64,000 nt of DNA, taken from contig NC_058368.1 in assembly GCF_018350175.1 (NCBI RefSeq), forward strand, positions 14,820,001 through 14,884,000, given 5' to 3'. How positions within the stretch are numbered: the first letter of the stretch is position 1; every line of letters starts with the position of its first letter. Below are positions 51,901 to 64,000 of this stretch, one piece after another. This DNA is from Felis catus. Its lineage: Eukaryota. The translations under genes and the position numbers were made by a program. The notes beneath the pieces were generated by a model that was not told the origin of the DNA, did no database searches, and saw only the letters and a program-made list of their open reading frames with translations.

Positions 51901-53187
51901 CAAAACAGTATGTACCCTACACATTGCCTATAAAAGCAAAGGTATATGTCAATGACACTTTAGTAGCAGAACAAAACACAATGTTGAAAGAAACATTTAA
52001 CAGCAAAGAATAGTGCTACCATTTCAACGGACAATGATTCTTTTAGCATCATCAAAGCAAGAGTTTAGCAGAAAAAATGGAGTGTAATAGGAATCAGGAG
52101 ATCAGGTTCCAGTACCTCTTTGGTTTATGTGATCTCGTGCTGGTCATTTCTATTCCCTGGGCCTCAGTATCCCCAATCGGGTGGTCTCTGTCTCTGACAT
52201 TTTCCAAGACGGTCTGGCTCCTTCAGCATGGATCACTGACAACACATTCCTCATTAACAGAAAGACATCTCATTGACTTTGGATTTAAATGGAAAAGATG
52301 TGTGGCATGGAATATGCTGTGTATTCTGCAAATGCCAAAGTTACAAGACACAGAACTATTTTGAGAAAGCAAGACAAAAAAAAATAAGACTCATCACCCT
52401 GGAGAATCTCTCAACAAAGTCTTCCTTTTAGTTTGTTTTGATTTGCTGGGGTAATTTTTTTTTCCTTGGAAAATGAAAAGCCTGAACCCATGGTCTGGAT
52501 CTTATTGAACCCCTCTTAATTAACTGGAAAAGAATGCACATCATTGTACAGATGAAACTAATTGGAAGCTTTGCTTGGTTTCTTTTCAGTATCAGCTAGA
52601 TGAAGCTTGGATGCACTCTTGTCTTTTTGTTGTTGTACAAAGAACTGGTTTAGCTTTGATTATCTACCTTATCCCCTTTTAGAAGTATGATGAGTTTGGA
52701 GAAAAAAAAAATCTCTTCAAAGACAAAAGCTGTACTCACAAGGCCAGATATAATGTGTGAAAAGAAATATCCAATTTTTATTCTTGGCAATGGCCAACTC
52801 AAGGCTTAGTTTAGGCAAGAACCAAAATATATATATAAGCACAGGCTTTTTGGTCTATTCAAGATTCATCCTTTTTTTTAGCAAGTGAGATGACAAATAT
52901 TTTTTCCAAACAAGTACAATATAGTTGATTAAATATGCTGACAACTTTTAAACTTTTAAAATAGTTTTGAATTTCAATTTGGTATCATCCAACTTAAGTC
53001 AAAGGATTTCTTTAGTAAAACCCAGCAACAAATATTTGCTAGAATAATATGTTCTAGAGAATAAAATGAGTTTGAAATGCATTCCAAAATAATCTGTAGA
53101 GCTAAGTTTATTCCACAGTGAAAAACAGACATATTCTTTTGAAGAGATGGAAAATTACTTTTTTTTTAAGATTTCAAAAGTTACTGA

Positions 53188-53392
53188 GGGGTACCTGGGT
53201 GGCTCAGTTGGTTGAGCATCCAACTCTTGATTTCGGCTCAGGTCATGATCTCACGGTTTATGGGTTCAGGGCCCATGTCAGGCTCTGCACTGACAGTGTG
53301 GAACCTGCTTGGGATTCTCAATCTCTCCCTCTCGATCTGTCCCTCTCCTGCTAACACTCTCTCTCAAAATAAATAAATAAACTTAAAAAAAA
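53188..53392 (+). mobile_element. Can-SINE
   Basis: Head with CCAACTCTTGATTTCGGCTC variant, CT tract and A tail. Confidence 0.93.
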
Positions 53393-53452
53393 GACAAGTA
53401 TCGTGACACCTCTTACATGTAATTAGAACCATCTTTAAAAAAGTAAAAAATA

Positions 53453-53678
53453 GGGGCGCCTGGGTGGCGCAGTCGGTTGAGCGTCCGACTTCAGCTCAGG
53501 TCACGATCTCGCGGTCCGTGAGTTCGAGCCCCGCATCAGGCTCTGGGCTGATGGCTCAGAGCCTGGAGCCTGCTTCCGATTCTGTGTCTCCCTCTCTCTC
53601 TGCCCCTCCCCCGTTCATGCTCTGTCTCTCTCTGTCCCAAAAATAAATAAACGTTGAAAAAAAAATTTAAAAAAAAAA
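53453..53678 (+). mobile_element. Young felid SINEC_Fc
   Basis: CpG-rich; TSD AAAAAGTAAAAAATA. Confidence 0.96.
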
Positions 53679-53877
53679 GTAAAAAATACAAAGTTATTGA
53701 AATACCAATGTTATATTAAAATTTTTCCAATGAAACATGTTAAGCAATAAAGAATTAAGAAAAATTCAAGTTTTATATTGGGATCTACAGGGAAAATTAT
53801 ACTTGCTGGAGGATTAAGAATGGCAAAATAAATAACGAAGGCAGTAGAAAAATGTCATATTTTGACCCAACAGCAAA

Positions 53878-53948
53878 TGTGTGTGTGCGCGTGTGTGTGT
53901 GTGTGTGTATGCATGTGCATGTTTGTGTGTATGTGTGTCTGTGCATGT
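53878..53948. repeat. (GT)n-type microsatellite, interrupted
   Basis: Direct reading. Confidence 0.9.
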
Positions 53949-54051
53949 GGGGGGTGTGCACTCACATGTGTTCTTCTAGTACTGCTGCTCCTTTCAACAA
54001 TGTACCATCCTTGTGGCAGCTAATTTCATGATTTCACTGTCTATTGTTTTC

Positions 54052-54336
54052 AAATTTTTCAAAATGTTTTTATTTTGTTTTGACAGAGAGAGAGAAAGAC
54101 AGAGCACAAGTGGGGGAGGGGCAGAGCGAGAGGGAGACAGAATCTGAAGCAGGCACCAGTCTCTGAGTTGTCAGCACAGAGCCTGACACGGGGCTCAAAC
54201 TCAGGAATGGTGAGATCATGACCTGAGCCGAAATCAAGAGTTGGATGCTCACCCAACTGAGCCACCCAGGCACCCCTCAGTAACTTTTGAAATCTTAAAA
54301 AAACAAGTAATATTTAACTGAACCACCCAGGCACCC
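54052..54336 (-). mobile_element. Chimeric double-headed Can-SINE containing an inverted copy of 53154-53254
   Basis: Perfect 18-bp TSD TTCACTGTCTATTGTTTT (54033-54050, 54337-54354) encloses two heads separated by unique DNA. Confidence 0.88.
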
Positions 54337-54879
54337 TTCACTGTCTATTGTTTTAAATCCGGTAGGAAATTAACTGAATAAATTATAAATTCTAAAAGAT
54401 CCACAGTTCTTAAGAAATCAAAAAAGAAACAATTTCAACTCTAAGAAAAGCTGTATCTGTATCCTCAGGGGATACAGATCCCTGTTTGACAGACCCCTAT
54501 GTGGCTTCTGCCACTTTACGCCCTGCTTGTCATGAGACCAAAGCTGGTGGGTGTGGACCAGGGAGGCCATGCTGGCCAGCACTGGTTCCTCTTCTCAATT
54601 ATCTGCCCAGATTTTCTAATCAATATAATCTCATCTGATATTGGAAAAAACAGTTGCACAAACTAATGAATGGACATTCTGATGCCAAACTGATTCCAAT
54701 CAATCTCATGTGACTTTGGTGACCATGAGCTTGATTTTCCAGGCTCTGAATGTTTCCAGATTAAACCTTAGATAGAAGGGAGCAGAAAATAACCTTGAAG
54801 ACTTTAATTCTGCTGTACATAATAGCTATGAAAAGAAATCACAAGATGAAGAAAAGTATAATGATAACTGCATTTCCCA

Positions 54880-54883
<4 letters not shown>

Positions 54884-54929
<46 letters not shown>
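54884..54929. repeat. (GT)n microsatellite
   Basis: Direct reading. Confidence 0.97.
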
Positions 54930-54932
<3 letters not shown>

Positions 54933-54949
54933 CCATTCCCCAAATTATT

Positions 54950-55470
54950 AAGGGTTAGGAGAAACATATTCTCATACATTGCTAGAAAAATGTCAGTGCT
55001 AAAATCTCTGTGAAAAGCAATTTTGTCATACATGACAAGAACCATAAAAGTCTGCCCAGTTTAACTTCTGATAATTTATTGGAAGGAAATATTTGAAGAC
55101 ATAAAAAGTATTTACCATGAGACTAGAATTCATGGCAAGATGGCTTATAAGAATGACCAGACCTGGAAATAAATTGAATAGGTAACAATATGATATTGAC
55201 AAACTAAATCCATACAAAAATCTAAGGCCTGTTAAAATTATGTTAAAAAATATTGATTGTTGACATGAAAAACTGTACAATACATTGATATGTGATAAAA
55301 TCCCAAAACAATATATACACTATGGTTCCATTATTAAAAAAATATGTGGATGCACTAAAAATTGTGAGATGATAAAGTAGAGATTTTGTGTAAGTAGTTA
55401 TGATTTTTAAAATATAATTATCTGTATTTTCTCTCATTTTTTTCTAATAATGAGTACATACTGCTTTGCA
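54950..55470 (+). mobile_element. Very old L1 (L1ME-like) 3' remnant
   Basis: CTCATACATTGCT...GAAAAGCAATTT; degenerate. Confidence 0.5.
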
Positions 55471-55499
55471 ACTAAAACTTAAGATATTTAAGTGGAATA

Positions 55500-55805
55500 T
55501 ATTAGTCAGACAGAGACAACTACTCTGTGATTTCATTCATGCATGTAATTTAAGAAACAAAACAAAGAAAAGCGAGACAAAGCAAAAAAACAGACTCCTA
55601 ACTATAGAGAACAAACTGATGGTTGCCAGAGGGGAGGTGGGTGGGGGGATGGGTGAAATAGGTGAAGGGGATTAAGAGGACACGGATCATGATGAGCACC
55701 TAGTAATGCATAGAATTGTCAAATCACTATACCGTACACCTGGAACTAATATAACATTGTATATAAATTATAATGGAGTTAATTTTTTAATTAAAAAAAA
55801 AAAGA
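55500..55805 (+). mobile_element. Carnivore L1 3' end (L1_Carn-like)
   Basis: ACTATAGAGAACAAACTGATGGTTGCCAGAGGGGAGGTGGG...GAACTAATATAACATTGTAT plus A tail. Confidence 0.88.
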
Positions 55806-55937
55806 ACAAAGGCTTCCCCTGAGAAACCGTTGAGATGATTTTTAAATGATAATAATCTATTATTTCCTCTGCAAGAATTCTAATGAACAGAGAACCAGCT
55901 TGTGTTGTATTTTAAATATCAAGGTGCTTGGTGTAGA

Positions 55938-56164
55938 CCATAGTTTCTTACTCCTGTTGACATTTAGGGCCAGATTATTCTTTCTTTTGGGGAGCTGTCC
56001 TGTGCAGTGTGGGTTGTTCAGCAGCATCCCTGGTCTCCACCCACCAGATGCCAGTGGCACCACCCTCCCCCTCCCCCCGCCCTCCGTGTGACAAACAAAA
56101 GTGTGTCCAGACATTGCCAGATGTTCTCTGGGGGACACAAGTCATCCTGGTTGAGAGAAACACT
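55938..56164 (+). mobile_element. hAT-Charlie MITE, MER20-like
   Basis: GCTGTCCTGTGCA...CAGCATCCCTGGTCTCCACCCACCAGATGCCAGT...CCAGACATTGCCAGATG...TGGTTGAGA. Confidence 0.85.
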
Positions 56165-56698
56165 TATTAATTCTGTTTAATAAGCTTTGATTACACCCAG
56201 ATGAATCACAGATGGAAAAGATGGAGAGCTTGAACCCTAACATCCTTTAACAGATATTTTCATATTGATTTCACTTTTTCAATTTGACCTAATACATTTT
56301 GAGAAAAATGTATGCCTTATGAAAAAGTAAAGTGGACATCAAAATAAATAAACAAAAATAAATAAATAAACATGAAAGTTTTCTTCCGAAAGAGCAATGA
56401 ATAATCAAATTTTATATCTCTGTTAACTTCACTATAGAGTGTTTTGTTTGTTCTAAAAACAGTATTAGCAAACAAATAAATAAACAATGTTAGTTCCCAA
56501 TTATTCCTCAATAATTAAAAACATGTATATTAATGGCTCTAAAAATAAGTTAAAAAATAAGGTTTACCTAAGAAAATTCAGATAATTGACAACAACAAAA
56601 TAATGATATATTTCTCTGATGCTTTGCCTTAATACACGTCCTTTCTTGATTAGTGCAAATGAAACTGTGTCGCCTGGTCTTTTAAAAAATGAAATCAT

Positions 56699-56915
56699 GG
56701 GGCGCCTGGGTGGTTCAGTCGGTTAAGCGTCCGACTTCGGCTCAGGTCACGATCTCGCTGTCCGTGAGTTCGAGCCCCGCATCGGGCTCTGTGCTGACAG
56801 CTCAGAGCCTGGAGCTTGTTTCAGATTCTGTGTCTCCCTCTCTCTCTGACCCTCCCCCGTTCATGCTCTGTCTCTCCCTGTCTCAAAAATAAATACAACG
56901 TTAAAAAAAATTTTA
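56699..56915 (+). mobile_element. Young felid Can-SINE
   Basis: CpG-rich; TSD AAAAATGAAATCAT. Confidence 0.96.
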
Positions 56916-57038
56916 AAAAAATGAAATCATTTTCTGAACTGTTTCTAATAATTCAACATATGGCCACGCCATTATTCCATTACCTTTGGGCTTCCTCAGA
57001 CTACCTAATTATATAGCTCCTAACAGGTTATACAGGTA

Positions 57039-57269
57039 ATTTTTTTTTTAAAGAATTTTTTTTTTCACCGTTTATTTTATTTTTGGGACAGAGAGAGACA
57101 GAGCATGAACGGGGGAGGGGCAGAGAGAGAGGGAGACACAGAATCGCAAACAGGCTCCAGGCTCCGAGCCATCAGCCCAGAGCCTGACGCGGGGCTCAAA
57201 CTCACAGACCGTGAGATCGTGACCTGGCTGAAGTCGGACGCTTAACCGACTGCGCCACCCAGGCGCCCC
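57039..57269 (-). mobile_element. Young felid SINEC_Fc
   Basis: CpG-rich minus-strand copy; no TSD visible. Confidence 0.95.
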
Positions 57270-57978
57270 TGAACCTGACGCTTTCTTAAAAAGAACAGAG
57301 AATATAGTCAGAAATGAACAAAACTGCTCATAAGTTTTAAACAGTACTAACAGCTACCTTTTATCATCTACTGTACCCCAAGGGCTACATTTACTTTATC
57401 TAATTTGATGGTCCCAAGAACTCTGTTAAGTATATCTTTTACAGATAAAGAAAACTGTATGGCACTGAAATATTGAGAATGAGTGTAAAACTAATACAAC
57501 GAGACTGTTAAACTCAAAGGAACTTAAGTGAAATACCACTATGCACGATTCTTTCAATAGAAAAATGGAATACAAATTTCAAAAGCTACACTGACTTAGA
57601 GAGTCTAAATAAGGTAACTAACGAATACGACATAAAACCTAAACGAGAAGTTTGAATGGTAGCTGACTTTACTCGATTATAATTTAGAAGTGCTAACTAA
57701 AACAAGTACGTGAACAGGTAACAAATATTGTGAAAAGATCTATCTTGAACGCTGTGACTTACACTGCTCAGCCATCCTGACTCAAACATACAATTATCCT
57801 GAATGTAAAGAATAACAAATACAAATGCATGTCAAAAAGAACTCATGAAAAGCATGTTTTGTTTATTATCCCTCCTATTTCAGAGACCAGGACACCACAG
57901 TGACATAACACTGATCACATACGTGAAAAATTCTTAACCCTGCATCACAAAAAGCACATATCAAAGTATTAGCAACTT

Positions 57979-57981
57979 CTT

Positions 57982-58028
<47 letters not shown>

Positions 58029-58228
58029 CAGTTTATTTATGTATTTTGAGAGAGACAGAGAGAAAGCACGAGTGGGGGAGAATGAGAGAGAGGAGAGAAC
58101 GAGAATCCCAAGCAAGCTCTGCACACTCCCAAGCATGTAGCCCAAAGTGGGGCTCGAACCCACAAACTGTGAGATTGTGACCTGAGCCGAAGTCAGATGC
58201 TCAACTGACTGAGCCACCCAGGCGCCCC
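57979..58228 (-). mobile_element. Can-SINE with (TTTA)n tail
   Basis: TSD GCAACTTCTTT. Confidence 0.93.
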
Positions 58229-59069
58229 TGGCAACTTCTTTTTAAAGGTCAAAGCAGAAATAATAATAAAACTCTAAAAAAAAAAAAGCAAAACAACGCT
58301 AATAAAACTCTAAAAAAATAAAACTCAAAAAGACTGCTTTTATAAGAATATCTACTAACATTTTGTAAGTACCTCTTGAAAACATTTTAAAAGGATGCAA
58401 GAAAATATGCTACTCGAAGGCAAAAGCTCTACCTATTAAAGCTAAATTACAGCAGAGAGCAGAAACAAATGACCCATAGCATAGCAGCACTCTTGTGATG
58501 CTGGAGGAGGGAAAGGAAGTTTGAATGACACAGAAACTTTCAGAGAAACCATGGGTAAAGAACAAGGAAGAAAGTTCAAAGGCAAGTGTATCTTCAGGAG
58601 AACAGTTCCAAGGAGCAGAAAGTCCAGGAAAGGTAGGGTGGGTGGTGGGAGGATATCGACAGACACTCAATTTAGAGAAATTCTATGGAAACCTCTGGCT
58701 TAAACTGGCAAATAGAACAAGGAAGGGCCACAAAAACCTATCTACATGTGAATAAAGCAAGAAACATGATACATTATACTTGACATTACCAAATTTGAAT
58801 ATACATTTACCTTTATGTTTTAATAATTCATAGCCCTGGAGTGAAACTTTTTGCCTGCTGTTCAAAAACTGCTTTGCAGCTTCTCATGTTTTAAGACACT
58901 GGAGGGCAGGGCTCCTCAGGAGAGGGCAAAGGAAAGGTCAGAACCCCGAAAGCAGATGCTTCAGAAGAGAAAAATATTACTTCACTTTGTTGTCCGAGCA
59001 ATTGACTTGCAACCTCTTGAGCAAAAAACCTTGTATCTAAAGTGACCTGGATCCAGGAGCAATTATGAA

Positions 59070-59230
59070 AGATTAAAGAGTAGGACTTTTGGAACTAGGG
59101 GACCCAGGTTTGATGCATAAAGAAAGCTAGCTGACTCCAGTCAAGTAATTTATAGACTCTTAGCTAAGTTTCTCCATCTGCAAAATAGAATAATGATAAT
59201 ACTATGAGAATCAGATAAGATCACATATGT
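59070..59230 (+). mobile_element. MIR
   Basis: AGTTTCTCCATCTGCAAAATAGAATAATGATAATAC core. Confidence 0.6.
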
Positions 59231-59922
59231 TTGAAAGAATATGTCTCAGTACCTTTTAAATTTAAATATTTGTTAATATGGAAATGTCTGCATTGCCATT
59301 TCCTATGCTTACATTCATAACATTAATTCTTTTCAACGTCCACGGTGATTTTCATTTCACTTGATATAAAGTTAACATGAAATCAAGTTCTTACTACTTA
59401 GGGAGAGTAAGCGTATCTAAGAGGAGAATGATGCCTCGTGCCTGCCAAGGCTCGTTTGTCAACTGGATGGCATGTGTCAGCCTAGCAAAATCATGGGCTG
59501 ACTGCTCACCATTCTAGTTGTGTCTCAAAGAAAGTTCAAATTACTGTATATCAAGGACCTTTAGGAACAGACTCAAACACCTGAAATCATAAATATCAAA
59601 TCCATGAATGCCAAGAGTGCCTTCTTACCCATGAAGCTTGATGAAGATTCTTAAAATTATTTCACAGGCAGAAGCTTCAGCCAGCTAGTGCACTTTGAGT
59701 ATTTTAGAGTGTTGTGAGTGGGGTACAGGCTGTATTAACACACACTTGAAGATAGAATCATGCAGTCTTGAATTTGCAAAATCTTTATCCATACACTGCA
59801 TGTTCTTGAAAAATCCCAGCTATATTCCTTCGGTGAATGCTCATATTGTCATGAGGTTGTGAGTAAAGCTGAACATTGCTTACTGAAAGGATCTAAATAG
59901 TCTTAAAGAAGAGTGGCAGACA

Positions 59923-60157
59923 GGGGCACCTGGGTGGCTCCATCGTTAAGCATCCAACTTTGGCTCAGGTTATAATCTCACGGTACATGAGTTCGAGTCC
60001 ATGAGTTCGAGTCCTGCATTGGGCTCTGTGCTAACAGCTCAGACAGAGCCTGGAACCTGCTTCAGATTCTGTGTCTCCCTCTCTTTGCCCCTTCCTCCCC
60101 CACCCCCCTTCTCTCTCTCTCTCTCAAAAATAAATAAACTTTGAAAAAAAAATTTTA
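59923..60157 (+). mobile_element. Can-SINE (felid)
   Basis: TSD AAGAGTGGCA; internal 14-bp duplication CATGAGTTCGAGTC. Confidence 0.93.
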
Positions 60158-60279
60158 AAGAGTGGCAAACAAAGGCAGATGAGTTTCACAAAGGGAACTG
60201 GAATATACTCTGTACTGGAAGGGTATTGAATACATTTTATTCTCTAAAGCCAGGTTTCCTTTAAAACACTTTCCAACTC

Positions 60280-60508
60280 GAGGGCACCTGGGTGGCTCAG
60301 TTGGTTAAGCATCTGACTCTTGATTTCGGCTCAGCTCATGATCTCACTGTTTGTGAGATTGAGCCCCACATGGGGCTCAGTGATGGCAGCGCAGAGCCTG
60401 CTTGGGATTCTCTCTCTCTCTTCCTCTCTCTCTGCCCCTCCCTTGCTCACATGTGCTCTCTCTCTCTCAAAATAAATAAATAAACTTTTTTAGAAAAAGA
60501 AAAGAAAG
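60280..60508 (+). mobile_element. Can-SINE
   Basis: Head, body, CT tract and A tail. Confidence 0.92.
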
Positions 60509-60682
60509 GAATGGCCAATAATTACCTATCAGATAGGATTCTTTCATCAGGACTCCCTCCTCCCTACCATTCATCTCACGAAAGGAATCTGCTAGTGGAA
60601 GTGTGTGCATTAAAGAGTTTTATCCATGAGTTTTATCACAGTTTCCCCAATAACCTGAATACATTTTTATTGTTCTCTAAAC

Positions 60683-61048
60683 CTGAGCTGTTCAATTAAA
60701 ACATAATGTAAGCTACATATGTGATCTAAAATTTTCTAGTAGCCACATTAAAAAAGTAGAAATAAGTTGATAAAATCAATTTTGATCATATATTTTCATT
60801 TAACCCAATATATCTCAAATTTCATTATAATAACATGTAACCAATAGAAAAAATTATTGAAATGTTTTATATTCTTTTCTTATAATCTTACATTCTTTTC
60901 TACATTATATTGAAATCTTCGCTACTCCATTCTTGTATGAAGGCTTTGACATTTGGTCTGTATTTTGCACTTAGAGTTCAATTCAGACTAGCCACAGTTT
61001 AAATGTTCAGTAGCCACATTTGATTAGTGGCGATGTTAGAGGAGGCAA
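60683..61048 (+). mobile_element. hAT-Charlie MITE, MER33-like
   Basis: TTTTCTAGTAGCCACATTAAAAAAG, TTTAACCCAATATATC, GACTAGCCACA...TAGCCACATTTGATTAGTGGC. Confidence 0.85.
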
Positions 61049-63013
61049 CTTTGAACAAAAACATCTGACAAAGTGAGAAAGGTTGCTCTTTTTGATTTAC
61101 AGAAAAATACCAGCAACTACATAATACATTTAAAATATTAATATTAAAAAGCTTGATAAAATAACACATTAATGCCTGTGAAAGCAAAGATATATTCTCT
61201 TGGAAAGGTAATAAAAATGTCATAATTCATTCAAAAAAAAGACAATTACAGAACAATCTCAAGTATTTGAGCACGTACTCTAATGCTCTAGGGTGGTTCT
61301 TCCATTCCAGGGATATTTTTTACACGACACAATTATGATTATAAAATTAAAACTAATTGTCATGTGTGACCTATGGATTCAGTTTGCACATATCTCTATA
61401 TATAAGTCACATTTTGTACACAACCTCCTGTTGAGCCTATATCATGTTTCTTCAATTAAGTATAAACAAAAGATTTTTGAGGGAACAAATCTGATTTATG
61501 GCTTATATGTATAATTTATTTTCTTGTGGAGTCTGTAACTTTAACTAATAATTATTTTAAGCATTCTTAAAAATCAATTTAAAATATTTTTCTATTACTG
61601 TTTATAAGTTATTGATCATATTTTAATCATTTCAAATTGAGTCTGTTGAAGGTTTATTTATTTTTTACATAGTTGCTTAACTGAACAAATTTCATGAATC
61701 AAAATTTATATTTTCCTTTTATACACAGCCAGATCTTTTCAATTTTTATTTCAAACATGCTAATTTACTATAGACTTTTTATAAGGCTGTATGTAAAAGT
61801 TTTCCCATGTGGAATTACCTATGGAAGAATACGATTTTTTTTTAAGAATACAATTTTCTAAAGGAAAAAAAAAGCTATCAATACTGAACAATTTTTTTTA
61901 AGTTTTATCCCTTTCCTACCCAAATGTTTCTTTCTTATACATCTTTAATTTACTGTCATACACATTATAAGTGAACTTGCACAATCTTCTCCAAGTTCAG
62001 TTTAGTACTTAGAATATTATTGAGAGAATTTTCCCTATGCCCTTGATTACATGTGTTTCCTTTCACTAAAAATGCAGATAGTACATATTCAAATGGATAT
62101 ATTCTAGAACATTATAGAACCAATTGTTTGTTTCTGGATTTTAAATTTAACTTGAGGTATGCGTAGTATCTTCTTATCTAATTGGCATGTAAATTTACTC
62201 TCACTTTGCATTTTCTATGTACTCCACCAAAAATGAGCTGCATATTTCCATGATTAATGTCAAGGCACCTTCTGAATTAATTTCTTTCTATCATTTTCTC
62301 AAATATTTTAATTAAGCTGCTTCTTTATCATCTCAGATTGTGTTTTTAGCTATCATAAGAATTGATAAGATGATTTCCTTGATTAAAAGCCAACTGTTCT
62401 GTATTCTGAAAGTCCAGACCCATACAGTAAACAGAACTCAGTTTTCAAATATCTTGGCCACTGTCATCTTAAGCTTTGAAGCTTTCTACTGAAATATTCT
62501 CTTTTTCTATCCCAAATGCCAGGTCCAAAAAAGGTGTAACTGATAGATTAACAGATAATTATCCTGAGTCTTATCAAAGTATTGAGTCAACCTATTTCTT
62601 TGCTTTCCTACACAGTATATATCCATCTCTAAAGTATGCATCTATTCATTTAAATTTATGTAATAAAATCTCACTTCTTTGTTCACATTGTACTCCTTTT
62701 TCATAGCTCTAAAGCATTCATGCACCTGACAGCAGTTCCCAAAATTCCAAACATGGTTAATGAAGTTTCATGTACAAATTGGGTCTATATTAAGCTAGAG
62801 ATTTTCCTTTTCTACCTATTTCTTAACATTCCTCTTATTCAGTGCCTCCTCTTTAATAATATACAAGGGCAACTATGAAAAGAATTAATGTAAGAAGTAT
62901 CTAGTTTTAAAAGCCACTGAAAGGCACATTGTATTCTTTAGCACCCAATATATGGCTTATAGTTTTACCCAATAAACCATTACTGAATAACTTACATAAA
63001 AGATGACCACAAT

Positions 63014-63236
63014 CTTTTTTCCTTCTTTTTAAAATTTTTAAAAATATTCTTTCATTTTTGAGAGACAGAGAGTAAGTGGGAGAGGGGCAGAGAAAGAGGG
63101 AGACACAGAATCCAAAGCAGGCTCCGGGCTCTGAGCTGTCAGCACAGAGCCGAACGCGGGGTTCAAACTCACAGACAGTGAGATCATGACCTGAGCTGAA
63201 GTCGGATGCTCAACCAAGTGAGCACCCAGGTGCCTC
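63014..63236 (-). mobile_element. Can-SINE (felid)
   Basis: TSD ACCACAATCTTT. Confidence 0.93.
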
Positions 63237-63309
63237 AAAGATTACCACAATCTTTATGTTGAGATAATCATGAGAAGAGGCATTGAGTTAAATACGGATA
63301 TGGTGAGGA

Positions 63310-64000
63310 AGCATTTCTGGAATGATTCTTCCATAAAAAAGAAAAACAGTAATAACAAAAATGATCAAAATCAACTTTTTCCCAGAAGTGTGGAAATGAA
63401 CCAAAGACTTGCAGGATTAAGGAGCATTTGTTAAAGAAAATGGCTGACTCTCAGGAAGAAATGAGAGCTTTACGGCATTTTTCTTGCCCTATTCTCATCC
63501 AATTCCCCCCCAGGTCAACTGAGAAGATTCAGTATAAGGAGTAGAAAGGAAAAAAGAATGAAACAAAATGAACAGAGTCTCAGCAACGTAGAGTATATAG
63601 CAAGCATACCAACATACACATAATAGGAGCCTGAGAAAAAAAGGGAGACAGGGACAGAGAAAATATTTGAAAAAATAAGGGCTAAAAATTCCCAAATTGA
63701 TGAAAAGCTTAGATATGCATATTCAAGAAGCTCAATAAACCCCAACTAGAACATAATCAAGAAGATCAACATCTAGACATATCACAGTCAAACTGGCAAA
63801 AGCCAAACACAAAGACAGAATTGAAAGCAGCAAGAAAAAAGTGACTCATCATATAACAGGGACCCTAAATAAGATTAACATTTCATCAGAAACAATGGAG
63901 ACCAGAAGTCAGTGGGATGACATATTCAGAGTGTTGACAAAGACTGTCAACTTAAGACAGTCTCTATATCTGGCAAACTATCCTTCAAAAACAAAAAGAG
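63310..64000 (+). mobile_element. Old L1 5' region / ORF1 remnant, runs off the window
   Basis: Broken ORF1 motifs IQEAQ*TP, STSRHITVKL and SSETMETRSQWDDIFRVL, with stops and frameshifts. Confidence 0.8.

Noticed and set aside
54455..54479. Perfect 10-bp-arm hairpin ATCTGTATCC-TCAGG-GGATACAGAT
   Set aside because: Short, with no supporting context, and next to text resembling a hAT terminus; likely chance or transposon residue.
59986..60013. 14-bp tandem duplication of the SINE B-box region
   Set aside because: Ordinary slippage mutation in a single copy.

Overview
Mammalian nuclear DNA, almost certainly from a felid: it carries 27 tRNA-derived Can-SINEs, several with felid SINEC_Fc-type diagnostics. 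The window looks intronic or intergenic. I could not recognise any protein-coding exon, RNA gene or CRISPR array, and the supplied ORFs are best explained as chance or repeat-derived. Besides the SINEs it holds old L1 fragments (including an ORF1 remnant at the right end), L2/MIR relics, MLT1/MLT2 solo LTRs, hAT MITEs (MER102, MER58, MER81, MER94, MER20, MER33-like), microsatellites, and a 3'-truncated MER4/MER34-group ERV1 (LTR, tRNA-Leu PBS, gag remnant) nested in an L1. The most unusual signals are two chimeric SINEs at about 47.4 kb and 54.2 kb. In each, the head is broken just after the A-box and patched with DNA copied from unique sequence 1-2 kb away, once direct and once inverted, which looks like fossil templated-insertion repair. 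Other oddities are an ERV/L1 co-deletion, a triplicated target site and weak candidate minus-strand exons and regulatory motifs. I found no convincing new biological system. Repeat subfamily names come from recall of consensus sequences and need RepeatMasker/Dfam confirmation; coordinates are approximate.
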